Origin: the human T2T-CHM13v2.0 reference genome, Homo sapiens | NCBI RefSeq assembly: GCF_009914755.1 | Contig: NC_060942.1 | Reading direction: 5' to 3' (one strand) | Length of the DNA: 64,000 nucleotides | Shown: positions 38,780 through 52,622 of the stretch, one piece after another | How positions within the stretch are numbered: the first letter of the stretch is position 1 | Layout of the letters: every line of letters starts with the position of its first letter | The notes under the pieces: model-generated | The model's input: the letters and a program-made list of their open reading frames with translations, nothing else | Databases searched by the model: none | What the model was told of the DNA's origin: nothing | Translations under genes and position numbers: made by a program

Positions 38780-40830
38780 TGACACATTCTTTTTAGTCTT
38801 TTGAAACTCTTGTACTTTCCAAGATGTGCCTGGAGAGATATTTTCCTCTTAAGTTTAAGACTATAGTTTTCTACTGATTTCCTTTGTTTTCCTGTCCCAG
38901 GGCAGAATATTTTGTTCCTGTCGATGGACTGCAGATGGTGCCCACTCCGCCTCCCCTGCCAGTCTGTCCTGGACTCTCTATCCGTTTTCCTTAGTCTCAG
39001 TTCCTCCTTTACCCTCCTCCCCCCTCGGCTTGACTCTTCTCCCTGCTTCCCTCCCCTGTTGGGATTCTGGCCTAGTGGGAGATGGTTTCATCTGAGCATC
39101 TGAAAATATGGGGCTTCTTGGTCTTTATATGCACATCTGAGCATGCTACTGAAGGCAGAGGAAGGGAGATCTCTTAGGGAGTCAGCACATGCAAAATGCT
39201 GTGCCTTCAGACTGCCTCTGCTACCTCTTACAAGGAGCCTCACACCGCAGGCTGCCCTTTAGCTGTTCCCTTGGAATGCAGCCTTGTTAAGTCACTGCCA
39301 GCGTTTCCCCTCTTGGCGTCCCTTTCTCTTACCTAAGTTGTTAACTCCAGACTTCGCTGCTTTCTTAAAGGCTAAAGTAATGGGCAGAGTAAAACCCTGA
39401 AATGTTTAGAAGCTATGCAGTATTATATTGTAAACCTGTAAAAATTCTTAACAAAGTTAGTGGCTTGGAAAGATTTTCATGAGAACTTCAGCTAAAAGGC
39501 AGTAAAGTAAATGCCTTAAAATAACTAAACTTTGGCTTATAACAAGGCCATTGTTTGGCAGTGTCCACTTTTTAAAGACTTTCCAGAACTTGGAGGAGGA
39601 AATGATCCTGAGACAAAGTAGTGATTTAAAAAATGAAGACAGTAAATTAACATTGACATTATTCGCCAACAATTGATTTCTTGTCTTCCAACTTTTTACC
39701 CTGCATTCTGAATAAATTGGACCATGTGAGGAACTAGAAGATTAACTTTAGGGTTTTTGTTTGATTGAAATTGGTTTTGCAGAAGTGGAAATTTGGCAGC
39801 ATGTATGGAAACCAGTAAATCAGTTTACAGTGTTCTGTGCTTCTTAGTTTATGAAACCCACAAGAATGAGGAAAGGCTGCATGTCTTTGAATGCGAGAGG
39901 GCTGAACTAATGTAGGGTTTGCCTTTTCTGGAAGTTTATTTTTACCCTTATTAATTTAGTAGCTTGTAGAGCAGCATGTCCAAACTTTAACTAGTTAATA
40001 GTGGCTCCCAAGCTGAGCAAGATTTCAATGCCAATGGTTATTTTTCAGTGGTCTCATAGAGAAAATACTGGGAAATATTCTAAGAATGGTGTAAAATGAA
40101 GAGGAACTTGGTAATTTTTTAAAACACTGGCTCAATGAAATGTAAGCAGCTGGCTTACACACAGTGACAATCTTTACAATCAGATATTGTGCTCTGAACT
40201 AGTGCTCTGATGAGGTAGTAGAAGCATGTCTCTATTTTCAATTAAAATGATCCGTTAATGTGGGAATATTTGGAGCATCTGTGTCTTTTCAAATGAACCG
40301 GGGTAGATGATCTTTTTTTTTTTTTCCTGAGGGGAAGCCCATTTGCGTGGTGGCTTCTGCTGGTAGCATCCGTGCCTGTTTCCCAGCCTGCTGGGGCCCT
40401 AGCGAGCTGTCCGACGTCATGTGCTCACACTTGGAGTCAGTCTGAGTCGGCAGTGTGGGAGTTCCTTCCAGAGAGATGTGTTCTTTTCATCTTGAATGGT
40501 TCATAGGTTTCTGCAGCAGGCATGGTCTCATTCTCAAACTCAGTGTCCTCACAGCCTTCTTCGACCCCTTCCTCCTGGTATCCCCTTGGATGTTCTGTCC
40601 TCCATCCTCCCATGTGGCCCTGTCCGTCACCTGACATCCATGTTAACATGCTTATGGGTATCACTCGAATAGCTGCCTTCACAGCAGGCTCTTGCTGCTG
40701 TGGATTTGAACAAGTATTTGTAGAGGAGTCAAGGCAGGCTACCTTGATCTGCAAACACACCAGGGCTGTCTAGAGCCGTGTCACTGGACCGCTGTGCTGG
40801 TGTCTCCTGGGGGCTTGCTAGAAATGTGGA

Positions 40831-41139
40831 GGCTGGGCATGGTGGCTCACATCTGACATCTTAGCACTTTGAGAGGCCAAGGTGGGATGATCTCTTGATC
40901 CCAGGAGTTTGAGACCAGGCTGGGCAACACAGCAAGATCCTGATTGTACAAAAATTTTAAAAATTAGCTGGGCCTGGTGGCGTGCCTACCTGTGATCACA
41001 GCTGCATGGGAGGCTGAGGTGGGAGGATCACTTGCACCCAGGAAGCAGAGCCTGCTATGAGCTGTGATGGCTTCACTGTAATCTAGCCTGGGTGACTCTG
41101 TCTCTTAAAAAAAAAAAAAGAAAAGGAAAAAAAGAAAAG
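40831..41139 (+). mobile_element. AluJ inserted into a MER5-like element (host about 40770-41190)
   Basis: Dimeric AluJ with TSD gaaatgtRga at 40821-40830 and 41140-41149; the flanks join as MER5-like cctgggggcttgctagaaatgtagaaccttgggg. Confidence 0.88.
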
Positions 41140-42542
41140 GAAATGTAGAACCTTGGGGCTCACTACAGATGTGTAGAGTCTGAATTGGCCGGGTCGAGAG
41201 GGCAAAGTATGCTCGTTCCAGGCCTATTTGCATTACCGCGTACAAGTGTATCACAGCACTGGAAGCCAAGGCAAAGGTACTTTAGCAGTAGAATGTGTTT
41301 TCATTAAGTTATTTCAGAGTACTGGATCCAGGACTTTATTTGCAAAGTTTATGCGTAGATGATACAGATGGGGTGAGTTCTGTTTGGCTAGAGCGGAATG
41401 CAGTTAGCTGCTTTCTGCTTTCTGGACCCTGCATGGTTGTGCTGCGAGGGATCCTTCCTCAGGGCGTCGGCAGGTTCCACTGGGAGGCTAGAACTCTGCA
41501 GGAGCGGAGACCACAGCCAGCACTAAAGAAGTGATCTCTGACAGAAGGGAAGAGAAAATGTATTTCAAATAATGAGACTAAGTATTGTTTTTAGAAATTA
41601 AAAAGTTATACATGTGATATGTATGTGTGTGTGTATTTAAATACCACAACCCAGAGTGTGTTTGTGTACATATGTATTTGGATATTATCTGTGTATATAT
41701 GCATACATGTGTACATATTGCATTTGAAATGTGTGAAAGTACACAGTGACTACTACTATGGGGGATTTACAGAGGAAAGATCAAACATAGTTTAATGGAG
41801 GAGAACGACCAATAATATATGTTTATTATTGGCTCAGTTTACCTAAACAACAACTAAACACATACACCAGTGAGCAGTAAACATTTTGCCATTCAGAAAT
41901 GCTGGGAAATAGGGTGTCATGATTTTTAAACCATTCTAGTTAATATAGAACTGTCCTATTATACCATTGACACTTAAATAATGAGACTCTAATGAGGGTT
42001 AGCTAAGACTCAAGTGACTGTAACCAAAATGATTTCTTGCTGCTGATGTAGACGACTGTAGGATCGTCCATTTCTTTGGCATCGTGACGTTAGGCGTTCA
42101 GTGCCTGTGTGAAAGCGAAGGGTGGAGAGGGACCCTCTGAGCCTGTAGAAGGCCCATTTCCCAATTCCCACTGGGGGGCTTCCAGCGCACTTTCTGGGTA
42201 CTTAGTTCACGAGGTCTTTTTGAGTCTGCCGAAGGAGATCTTAGCTACCAATGAAGACCAAAGAGTCCGGGTCGAAGGCCTCTTCTCAGTGTTCTTCCCC
42301 TTGTGATGTCCTCAGCATCTGACACAGGGCCTGGCATGTTCACTATCTGATAAGCCCCTGTTGCGTGAAGTCCTTGAATGCCGATAGCGTTCCCTGAGGT
42401 TGGCCTTGTCCTGTCTTCCTGTAGATGGCTCTGGAATTTTTGACGCGCAGGAGGTGGGGCCTCTGAACTTTGCTGCCTGAGCACTTGAGCCAAGAGAGTG
42501 TTAGTTGACATTAGGCACATAGACTGCTTTTGCTTTGACTGA

Positions 42543-42943
<401 letters not shown>

Positions 42944-44053
42944 CTCAGTGCTGACTTTGAGGGATGCTCCTGACCTGTGTGTGGCAGCTGCTCGGGGTCT
43001 GGGTTGCCTTGGTCCAGGTAGAAATCCCCTAGAGGGTTGTCGTGGGACTCAGGTCTTTGAAGAGACTGGACACTTGAACTGTGCCCCAGCAATGGCCGGA
43101 GTTGGTGCTCTGTGCTCCAGAAGAGGGGACTTGCCGGGTGGCCATCGCCATTCCTTGTTCGTTCCCGGCAAGCAAAATTGGACCACTTTACTGTTGCATC
43201 TGGTTTGAAGAGACTTTCATTTCTATTTGGGGAGAAGAACACTCAAACACAGCGAGACAGCTGCCAGACGGTGCCTGGCTTTCGCCTCTGTCTCGCTCCT
43301 CCTGGCCGCGTTAGTGTCCCTGGGTATCACCCCATGCCGCGTGCTCCGTATGTGTTCCTCGAATCTGAAAGGCGCTGATGAAATGCTTGCTGCAGCTTTG
43401 TTAGGACACAGGCGGTCATGCTTTAGGCTGCTGCGGGGACAGAGGCATTATGCAGCCTGTAGGAGCCATGGCCAGTGCATGGTCACTCTGCATGGCAGCC
43501 TTGTAGACCCAGCTGGGACACTTCAGGGACAGCTGGAGACCTCCTGTTGCTCTTGACTGGGGTTACCATGACCGCTAGCTCTTCACTGAGGCCAGACCCA
43601 GTGAGTGCAGATTCCTGGTGCTGGCCGATGAGGCCCTAGGAAAGACGCACCTATGGTCAGTCTGTCTTGGCTTCAATTTACTCAGAATAATGTAGTCCTG
43701 TGAGAGAGAGAGAAGCTAGGGAGCTGTGGTGCATCAGCTAGTAAAGATGTTAGAAAATTGTCAAAACAAAAACGATGTGGCATTTACAGGTTGAATGCAT
43801 GAATGAATGCACACGTGCATTTTATGATGTGACACTGTCCCTGATGCAAAAATCAGGTGGGTTACTGCATCTGTGGTGATGGGGTGGGTCCATCTGCAAT
43901 GTTTCTGAAAAAAACATCATAAAGCAAGGTTGGTTTTGGGAAGGGTGCCTTTCTTTTCTATTTCATATGTCACCAGCTGCTCCGTGTGTTTTCTGTCCCA
44001 TTATGATTTTCCTGAGATGGCTCTTCACTCTGTCTCTGGGCCTCCTTGTGTTT

Positions 44054-44341
44054 AATTTATTTGTTTTTGAGACAGGGTCTCACTTTGTTGCCCAGGCTGG
44101 AGTGCAGTGGTGTGATCATAGCTCACTGCAGCCTCAAACTCCTGGGCTCAAGAGATCCTCCCGCCTCAGCTTCCTGAGCAGATAGGACTATAGGTGCGCA
44201 CCACCACATCCGGCTAATATTTTCTTTTTTATAGAGACAGGATCTTGCTATATTGCTCAGGCTTGTCTTGAACTTAAGCTATCCTCCCACCTTGGCCTCT
44301 CAAAGTGCTGGAATTCCAGGTGTGAGCTGCCGGACCCAGCC
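44054..44341 (-). mobile_element. AluJ-like
   Basis: gatcatagctcactgcagcctcaaactcctgggctcaag; TSD ccttgtgttt at 44044-44053 and 44342-44351. Confidence 0.92.
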
Positions 44342-45631
44342 CCTTGTGTTTTAAATGGCTCTGCTTCCCAGGACCCAGCCACCAGCTGGAGTGAGTCCTG
44401 CTCCCCAGAAAGGCCAGAAGCCTGCGGCCAGGCTTCTCTTCAACTTTTGCCCAAACAAATTTCCCATCTTCCTTTACCTTAGAGAGTGAGAACACCGTAA
44501 AGATGAAGAATAAGCGCGCCTGCTTCCCTTCAGGGTTTTCCATCCTCCAGCCCCTCATGCAGTCCTGTCCTGGTGCAAGGGAGGTGGTGCCTGTCCCTTT
44601 TCAGGAGTTCCACCCACTCTGCCTCTTCTTGCTCTGCTTCTTAGGGGCCCATGGCTCACAGCTGTGTCTGGGACGTGTCATTCAGGAGGTGGTTTAGGGT
44701 TAGTGAGATCGGCAGCCCCACAGGACCCTGCTGTTGGAAACCCACGTGTGGATGCCCCGATGCCTGGTGCCATAGGGTATGGCGTGTGAGGAGCTCAGCC
44801 AGTGCCTTCTCTTCTCTCCTCAGCGAGCGGCTGTGCTTGCTGGCTCTCCTCGGTGGCTTCCTCTTGAATGAACCTTTCTTCTGAAGGCTTGATTTCCTTC
44901 CGGGAGGCTTAGTGTTTCTGCTCAGCCTTCTTTCTTGGAGGCCTGGGCTTGATGTTGAGTTGTGTTTGGTGAGGTTATGGAAAAAGCCTGTGTTTACTAA
45001 AACAGAGGGAGGAGGCCTGGATGGGGCATCAGGTCTGTCTTTGTGCTGTAACCTGGAGCCGTTGATCTCTTGGCTGGACCTGGGGAGGGGTCGGCCAGTG
45101 ACCCCTCCAGTTCCCTGCTGGCCCCTACACAGGGGATGCTAAGCAGCAGGTCAGTGTCTATTTTCACAGCTAGAGAGTTAAAGTTATGCTGAAAGGAAGA
45201 GGTGAATTTGTTGCAGTTCTCTGCCTCGTGTCATGGAACTGCTGTTTTTAGTTTTTCTTGGCTTGGGTGTGAGAATCCTGCTGCCTGCGAGGCTAAGCAT
45301 GAGGGAGAAAGCGTGGAGACGATGATCACGTTTGCTGAGTGATTGATGAAGAAGTGGGAATATATCATACAGTCCTGAATGTAGATTTCAGGGGAGTGTG
45401 ACAGGTTTCTGTAATGAATAAAGTTTTTCTTTTGTACTCTTTTAAGTAATTGTATTGATTTAAATATTTTCAAATATCACTGTTATTAAAAGTAGTCCCT
45501 TTGGAATGTAAAATAGACACAATGTTGGGTAGCAGGAACTGTGTATGTGTTGAATTATTATTTTCAACAGAGCTTAAAGTCTTGATTAAAATAGTTAAAA
45601 ATCATCAGTTTAAAAATGGAGTATCTTAAAG

Positions 45632-45805
45632 AGCTGGGCATGGTGGTGTGCACATGTAGTCCTAGCTACTGGGGAGGCTGAGGCAGGAGGATCATTTGAG
45701 TCCAGGAGTTTGAGGCTGCAGTGAGCTATGATTGTGCCTGTGAGCAGCCTCTGCACTGTAGTCTGGATACCATAGCAAGACCCTGTTTCAAAAAAAAAAA
45801 AAAAA
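45632..45805 (+). mobile_element. FAM (fossil Alu monomer)
   Basis: Monomer retaining the 7SL-like segment gtgcctgtgagcagcctctgcactg (compare gcgcctgtgaatagccactgcactc), plus poly-A. Confidence 0.8.
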
Positions 45806-46306
45806 TCCAGAAGAAATTTTGAAACAGGTTGCCAGGAAATTGGATTGGCATTTTGTTTTAGAATTAGAGCCTGGTCTTTTGACCCATACAGGTTTTGTCA
45901 CTTTAGTTGGGAAGGAAAGATTTATTGATACTAATGGAAAATTAAAAATGAGTCACAAATTCTTACTTTGGAAATTCTCTTAGGGAGCTTTTTTGTTTTT
46001 AACCTTGAACTGTAGATAAGTAGATGCCAGAGAAGTGGCAAGGATATTTGACAAAAGTAATAACTACTGAGTGACATTTTAAGCACTGACTCAGGTTCAC
46101 TGGTAAAATGAAATCAGTGCTGGAGAAGTTGTGTGTTCATTCTTTTGGGGTAGAACATGAAGCCAAATATCTTCAACCTATTTTGAAATTCAGAGCTATG
46201 GGCTCTACTCTGAAGGCTTGAATAAGTTCGGTTGCTGTGGCCTTTTTGTGACTAGACATTGGCAAATCATAGTTCTATTACTTTGGCTCACTTAAAAAAA
46301 TGTTAA

Positions 46307-46523
46307 TAGCACAACAAGCTGACTGTAGTCAATAATAACTTAATTATATATTTTAAAATTGAAGAGTGTAATTGATTGTTTGTAACTCAAAGGATAAATG
46401 CTTAACAGGATGGATACCCCATTCTGCATGATTTACTTATTTCATATTATATGCCTGTATCAAAACATCTCATGTACCCTGTAAATACATATACCTACTA
46501 TGTGCACACAAAAATTAAGAATA
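46307..46523 (+). mobile_element. 5'-truncated L1MA1/2-like 3' end
   Basis: ggattgtttgtaac-type 3' UTR text ...catgtaccctgtaaatacatatacctactatgt...; TSD aaaaaaatgttaa at 46294-46306 and 46524-46536. Confidence 0.85.
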
Positions 46524-46705
46524 AAAAAAATGTTAAAGGCCTCCCATGTGCCACATACTCTGCAAAGTGTTAGGGATGCCAGGATGACGGGGATGTGGTT
46601 TTTGCCCACAAGGAGCTAAAAGTTGAGTAGGAGAATGAATTTCCACTTTTGGTAGATGAGGCAGGGCAGAGGCCTGCTCTAATGTACAGATGTGTATGCG
46701 TTTAG

Positions 46706-47058
<353 letters not shown>

Positions 47059-47074
47059 TAATTACTAAGTTACA

Positions 47075-47630
47075 TTTATCAGTTTTCTGTTGCTGTGTAA
47101 CAAATTATTATAAACTTAGGAGCTGAAAACAGTACTCATTTGTTATCTCACAGTTTCCAAGGCTCCACAGTCAGGCATGGCTTAGTTGGTTCTCTGGTCA
47201 GGCTGTAGTCAAGGTGTTGGCCAGGCTGTGTTCCCATCTGCAGGTTTGAGTATGGAAGAATCCACCTCCAGGCTCATTCATGTTGCTGGCAGAATTCATT
47301 GACTTGTAACTGCAGGACTGATGTCCCTGTTCCCTTGCTGCTTGTCAGCTAGGGGCTGCTCTCAGGTCCTGGGGAGCCCTTGTAGTGCTTTGCCAAGTGG
47401 CCCCTCACAGGCCCCATCATGAGGTGGCAGCTCGCTTCTCCAAGCCAGCAAGGGAGTCTGTCACTCCCTCGTTGCGGACTCCTATGTAGGTCGCCTGGTG
47501 TGGGGAGAAGCATTCTTTGTGGTATTCGGTTGGGTAGAAGCCAATCACAGCTTCCACCTACACTCAAGGGGAGGGAGTTGTACAGGGTGTAAGCAATTTG
47601 GGGAGTCACCTTAGAATTCTGCCCACCACA
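47075..47630 (-). mobile_element. MLT1D/E-type MaLR solo LTR
   Basis: agttttctgttgctgtgtaacaaatt...ttatctcacagttt...ggcagaattca...cttagaattctgcccaccaca. Confidence 0.8.
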
Positions 47631-48855
47631 GTACCTTTCTGGTTATTTCATGGACTTCCGTTCCCAAGAAATCTGAGCGTTTGCGTCCTAGGAAGACTGG
47701 TGAGAGCAGCCCCAGTGGAGGAATAAAAACTAAGATCTGGAAAATCAGCAGTGGGTTGTTTTCATCTCTCAGCAGGCAGGAAACAGGAGGAGAAAGGAAT
47801 GTCTGTAGGCTCCCAACACTGATGGGAAGGAGGTGTTTGGCTGGGGTAGAGCTCCGCAGGAATCTCCCAGGCTCCTCTAGCTAGGTGCAGCCGTGTTTTA
47901 TCCGGCTGTCTTTACATGGGCTGATCACTCAGGAGTGGCATATGGCAGGAGCACGCTTTGGGGTACGAGCCTCCTGGAGAATGAACTGCAGCACACAAGC
48001 CAGACAGATGGTGGCTTAGTCCCCCTTGGACAAGAGTGTGTCCTGCACACTGGAGGGCGGGGTGCTGAGAGGCGCTTGTGGTGTCTGAGGCCGAGCTTTG
48101 CTGAGTTCACCTGAAACTGCTTTGGAGCTCGAGGCGGTCACCCGAGGATACCCGGCGCTCCACCTGGGACGGTGCGATGCCCACAGAGCATGCTCACTCA
48201 GTTGGGATGGGGATGCCAGTGACAGGTTGTATGGAATGGACAAAATCTGAAGCACCAGCTGGGAGGACACTCTCCTAACAGGATGGTGGGCAGGTAAAGG
48301 CAGCCTTGCAGGCAGAGTCACGAACGTTACCATCCCAGCAGTGTCACTGCTAGAGGGCTTGCCTCTTCCATGAAATCAGACATGTATTTCAGCAGAGGAA
48401 TCACTGGGGCCTGCCCGTCTTAGGTGGGCCCATGTTGTCTTGAGACTGGATTGTCGTGAAAGAAGATGGTCTTTTCACAGCTTTTAGAGTGTGTATGAAT
48501 TTTAAGAAGACCAGTCCAACAGGGATACTATCTGTTATTTGGCCTCTCATCAAAGAGGAGGCCCGTGCCTCTGCAGGAACAAGCGTGTGTCCTTTAACAG
48601 ATGAGGACTCGGTGCCCCTGTGACTGAGTGGAGGCAGAGGGGGATTTTGTCCCAGTTTGGTAATTCTGTGCTGTAATTCTTCTCTCTTCCTTCCCTTTAT
48701 TACTTGATGCCTATTATTGCATTTTTATTGTATTCATTTTGATATTTATGCCTCTTCTCGTGACAGCCCTCAAATATTTAACTGTTTTTGAAACTTGAGA
48801 GGGGGACACACAAAAAGAAACATGGCTCACAGAAGTTCTTCATCTTTCTTTCTAG

Positions 48856-48939
48856 CGGTTCAAGCTCTACGTTCGTGACATCAAACCTCCTGTTGGGCCA
48901 TTTCCGAGAACTCCCATCAGTTTCTGTATAGTGTAAAAG
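48856..48939 (+). other. LDLRAD4: 84-nt non-coding (5'-UTR) exon of LDLRAD4
   Basis: Polypyrimidine acceptor ttcttcatctttctttctag|C, consensus donor AAG|gtaagt, no ATG inside. The length agrees with my recollection of an LDLRAD4 5'-UTR exon. Confidence 0.75.
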
Positions 48940-49477
48940 GTAAGTGGAATTACTTGTGACTGTTCTTTGTGATGATGTCTGGGAAGCAGAGCTTGTCGCG
49001 GCAGGAGCTGCTCTGCAGTGGTGGACCTGTCTGGCTGCGTTTGTTTTGACAAGGGTGTGCCTCATTTGTGTGTTTCTTCTTTGGGGCTGGATGTTAATGG
49101 CTGGGGCTTGGGTATCTATTCACAGTAGAAGCTTGGGTGACACCTGTGTGTTTTCAGAGCCAGCCCTGGTGGGGGACAGTCAGTGGCAGAGCTGGGAGAT
49201 GCCCAGAGCCCCCTACCTGGCATGCCAGCTTCAGCCTCTGGCCTCAGGATGCCCTGCTCCGCTCGAGACGCCATGTTTTCTCAGTTCATCTGTGATTTTA
49301 GTGATGCTTATTCTGTCTCATTGTCAGGCTTCACTTGATGTCAAAGAACATGAAGTGAAGAAATACATGAGAATTTTCAGGAAGGTAAGACATTCTATAA
49401 AATATAAGGTCCATTTTTTTCCCTATATTTTTAATGTGCCTGGTGGTGGGACTCATTGCTTATGGGAAATCCCTTTC

Positions 49478-49610
49478 TAGAATGTAAGCCTTATGAGGGC
49501 AAGGACCTCCCTCTCTCCCGCTTGTCTTCCTTCCTTCCATTTATTTTTTCTTCAGGGTCTAGAACAGTGCCTGCAGTGTCAGGAGCTCGATAAAACTTTT
49601 GGCAAATGAA
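49478..49610 (+). mobile_element. L2 3' tail
   Basis: ctagaatgtaagccttatgagggcaaggac...tctagaacagtgcctgcagtgtcaggagctcgataaa. Confidence 0.65.
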
Positions 49611-50989
49611 ACAACTTGATGAGGAATCCCCCCTGAAGCTCTTGGAGCATAACCCAGCCTTTTCCTTTCTGGTTGCTGTTGGCAGCAGAGGAGGCACCTG
49701 GAGAATCCAGGAGGATTTGTGGTGCTTCCTTGCTGAGGCACACAGACCCTGGAATGTAAATGGACTTTTTACAGTTGGGTGCAAAGCAGTATGCATGGCA
49801 GAGCAAACCACGCCTGGGTTCTGTGTGGGGGCAGCTCCTCCACTGCTGAGCTCGTGTGTTTCTCTCCTCTCTCCTGAGTGAATTTCATGCCCAATCGATT
49901 GGCTCTCGGGAAGCTGGGGTGGAAAGAGCTCACGGGGAACACCCAGACCGCACGCCTTGTGGATGTTCAGTGACTGACTAAATGCTTGTTATTCACACGA
50001 TCCCTTTATTAACCTGACAGAACAGCACGGTGTTTGAAAATCCCTGCTCTTCGCTGGCTTGGTGGGTGTGGAGGAGCTGTTTTTCTTCCATCATTTGGCA
50101 CACCCACCGCCAGTTTGAAGTGGGCGGCGGCAGCGCCTCTCTACCAGGGCTGACAAAAGCGTGGGTGCAGTTTCATTTCTCTTTTATTGTCTCAAATACA
50201 GTTGCCATTGAATTGACCCACCAAAAACTAGCACTGTCTTCAAGTAGAATTTTACTAGGTAGCGGAACACACCACTGGACTATGCCCCCGAAGACTGAAA
50301 CTTGAGTTACAACATTTCAGCAAAAGTAAAAATAATTCTTGCAAATGACATAAGTATCTGATTTTCCCCCTTATGTGGGGTTACCTCACTCATCAATTAG
50401 TTTAAGCAACTTTCAAAATTGGTAATGGAAAACTTTGTCTTGACTGTACTGGTATATGTGGATTTTAAATTAAATACAGAGCTACGTTGCTTCTCCTGAT
50501 AATCAGAGCAGCTAAAGAAGAAATCACTATCTCTGCAGAACTGCGTGGCGCTTCATCGTCATGGGCAATTTTCAAGCACAGACTTAGATTGCGAGGCGTC
50601 GTAAGAACTTTCACACCTCTAAAATAGGTTCTTACAGCTGACTGTCCTGGAATTTATATTTGCTCTGTTACTTGCAAAATTTTGTCCCTTAAGCAGCTCA
50701 CAGCTGGACTGTGAGACATTCCTAAGAGCTGATAAAATGGACAGGTGGTATTGCCTTCTTCTGCTTTCTGTCTGCTTGCCTGGGAGGGCCCAAGGAGGCC
50801 TAGAGCTTTGCGTTAACTGCAGGATGTGCCTGTCTCCTTGTACAGTGGATTTATTTGGACTTGGTTTTAAAATGCAGCCTGGTCCCCGTGTTTAGGTTGT
50901 TATTAAATGCACTTTTGAGTTTTTCCCTCCTCGATGAATCTGAAAACATATGCCCTTGCCATATGGCGTTTGTGTGGGGAACTCAGAAG

Positions 50990-51175
50990 CCACAGACCTT
51001 GGGTTGAGTTCTGGCGTGGTAACTTTCATTCACTTTGTTACCTTGGCAAGTCCTAACCCTCTATGAGTCTCAGCTTTTCTCATCTTTAAATGGGATAATA
51101 TTTATCTCATGGAATTACTTTGAAGATGCCTAATTCAGCATTCCATGCACAGTCGTCACTCAACAACATGTTGGC
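50990..51175 (+). mobile_element. MIR
   Basis: accttggcaagtcctaaccctctatgagtctcagcttttctcatctttaaatgggataata. Confidence 0.75.
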
Positions 51176-51881
51176 TGTTATTTTCCACCCTAATGCTGGC
51201 TTTCTGCTGTGATCTGTGTGCTGGGGGGATTGGAGGAAAATAGCAGAGGTCCTGCTCTCTCTGTCCTCTTTCAGGACTACGGAAGTTTGCTAAGGAATTT
51301 CACACGGCATCCTGCTGGAGCGTGTGGGGGAGTGCTGCTGACGTGATTAAGCACAAAGGCACTGGGGTGTGGGCAAAGAAATCGTTAATTCAGGCTCCCT
51401 GCACCATTCCCTGACCTCCGCATAAGACAATGCAACCTCAGACTGAGATCTGGCTGGCTGTCAGCACAGACTGGAAAGGTGCAGCTGGAGAAAACTCCAC
51501 CTCTCTTTTGGTTTTCTTCTTGGTCCTTAAGGGATCTGAAGGCACCGGTGCAGACCAGGGACCATGCGGATGTCTTCCAGTGTGAGACCAGTGGTCCCTG
51601 TGGGGAGACACACTGGAACAATGAAAAAATAACCTTAGACCCAGGCAATGCATCCCGACCTGAACTTCTATCTTTGCTCAATTTAAACTTTTTAAGGTAA
51701 AATCAAAGAGGACCAATAGTACTGGGAGAAGCAATCATTACCTTTGAATATAGGTCCCTGCTGTCTACACTGGTAAATAGAGTCCTGCTTATTTTCACCA
51801 GATGTGTGTATAAAGTGATCTTCGGCACCGTGCAATAAAACAGATTAACTCGTGAAAATGTTATCAAACAAAAAGAATTGG

Positions 51882-52210
<329 letters not shown>

Positions 52211-52622
52211 TCATGTGAATGACCATCTAATGCTGGGGGCTTCTAACTTGAGGAGGACTGAAACTCAGCCTTGAAGGTGGTTCCTGCAGGGGGTGCCCCG
52301 AGGTTTCCCACCTGCATGGGCAGTGGGGAAGCTGTGGGTCAGAGCTTCTGCTGGCCTTTCAGGTTGCTATCAGGGAAGTGACACCAAGGTGGCCAGTGCT
52401 GGGATCCTGGGAGGGATCCCAGGTTTGGGGGTTCTATTCAGGGGTCTCCCTTGGCTTCTGAAAGAGTTTCTGAGTTCTTCAGCCTTATTTGGGACCCCTC
52501 TCTGTGTCTCCCATGTCTCCTCTTACCTCCTGTCTCCTCCCGGACCTCTGTCTACCCAGCATCAGGGGACTGGATTCTGAAGCTCCATCTCACCATTGTC
52601 CCCGATTCTTCAACTTTAGGGT

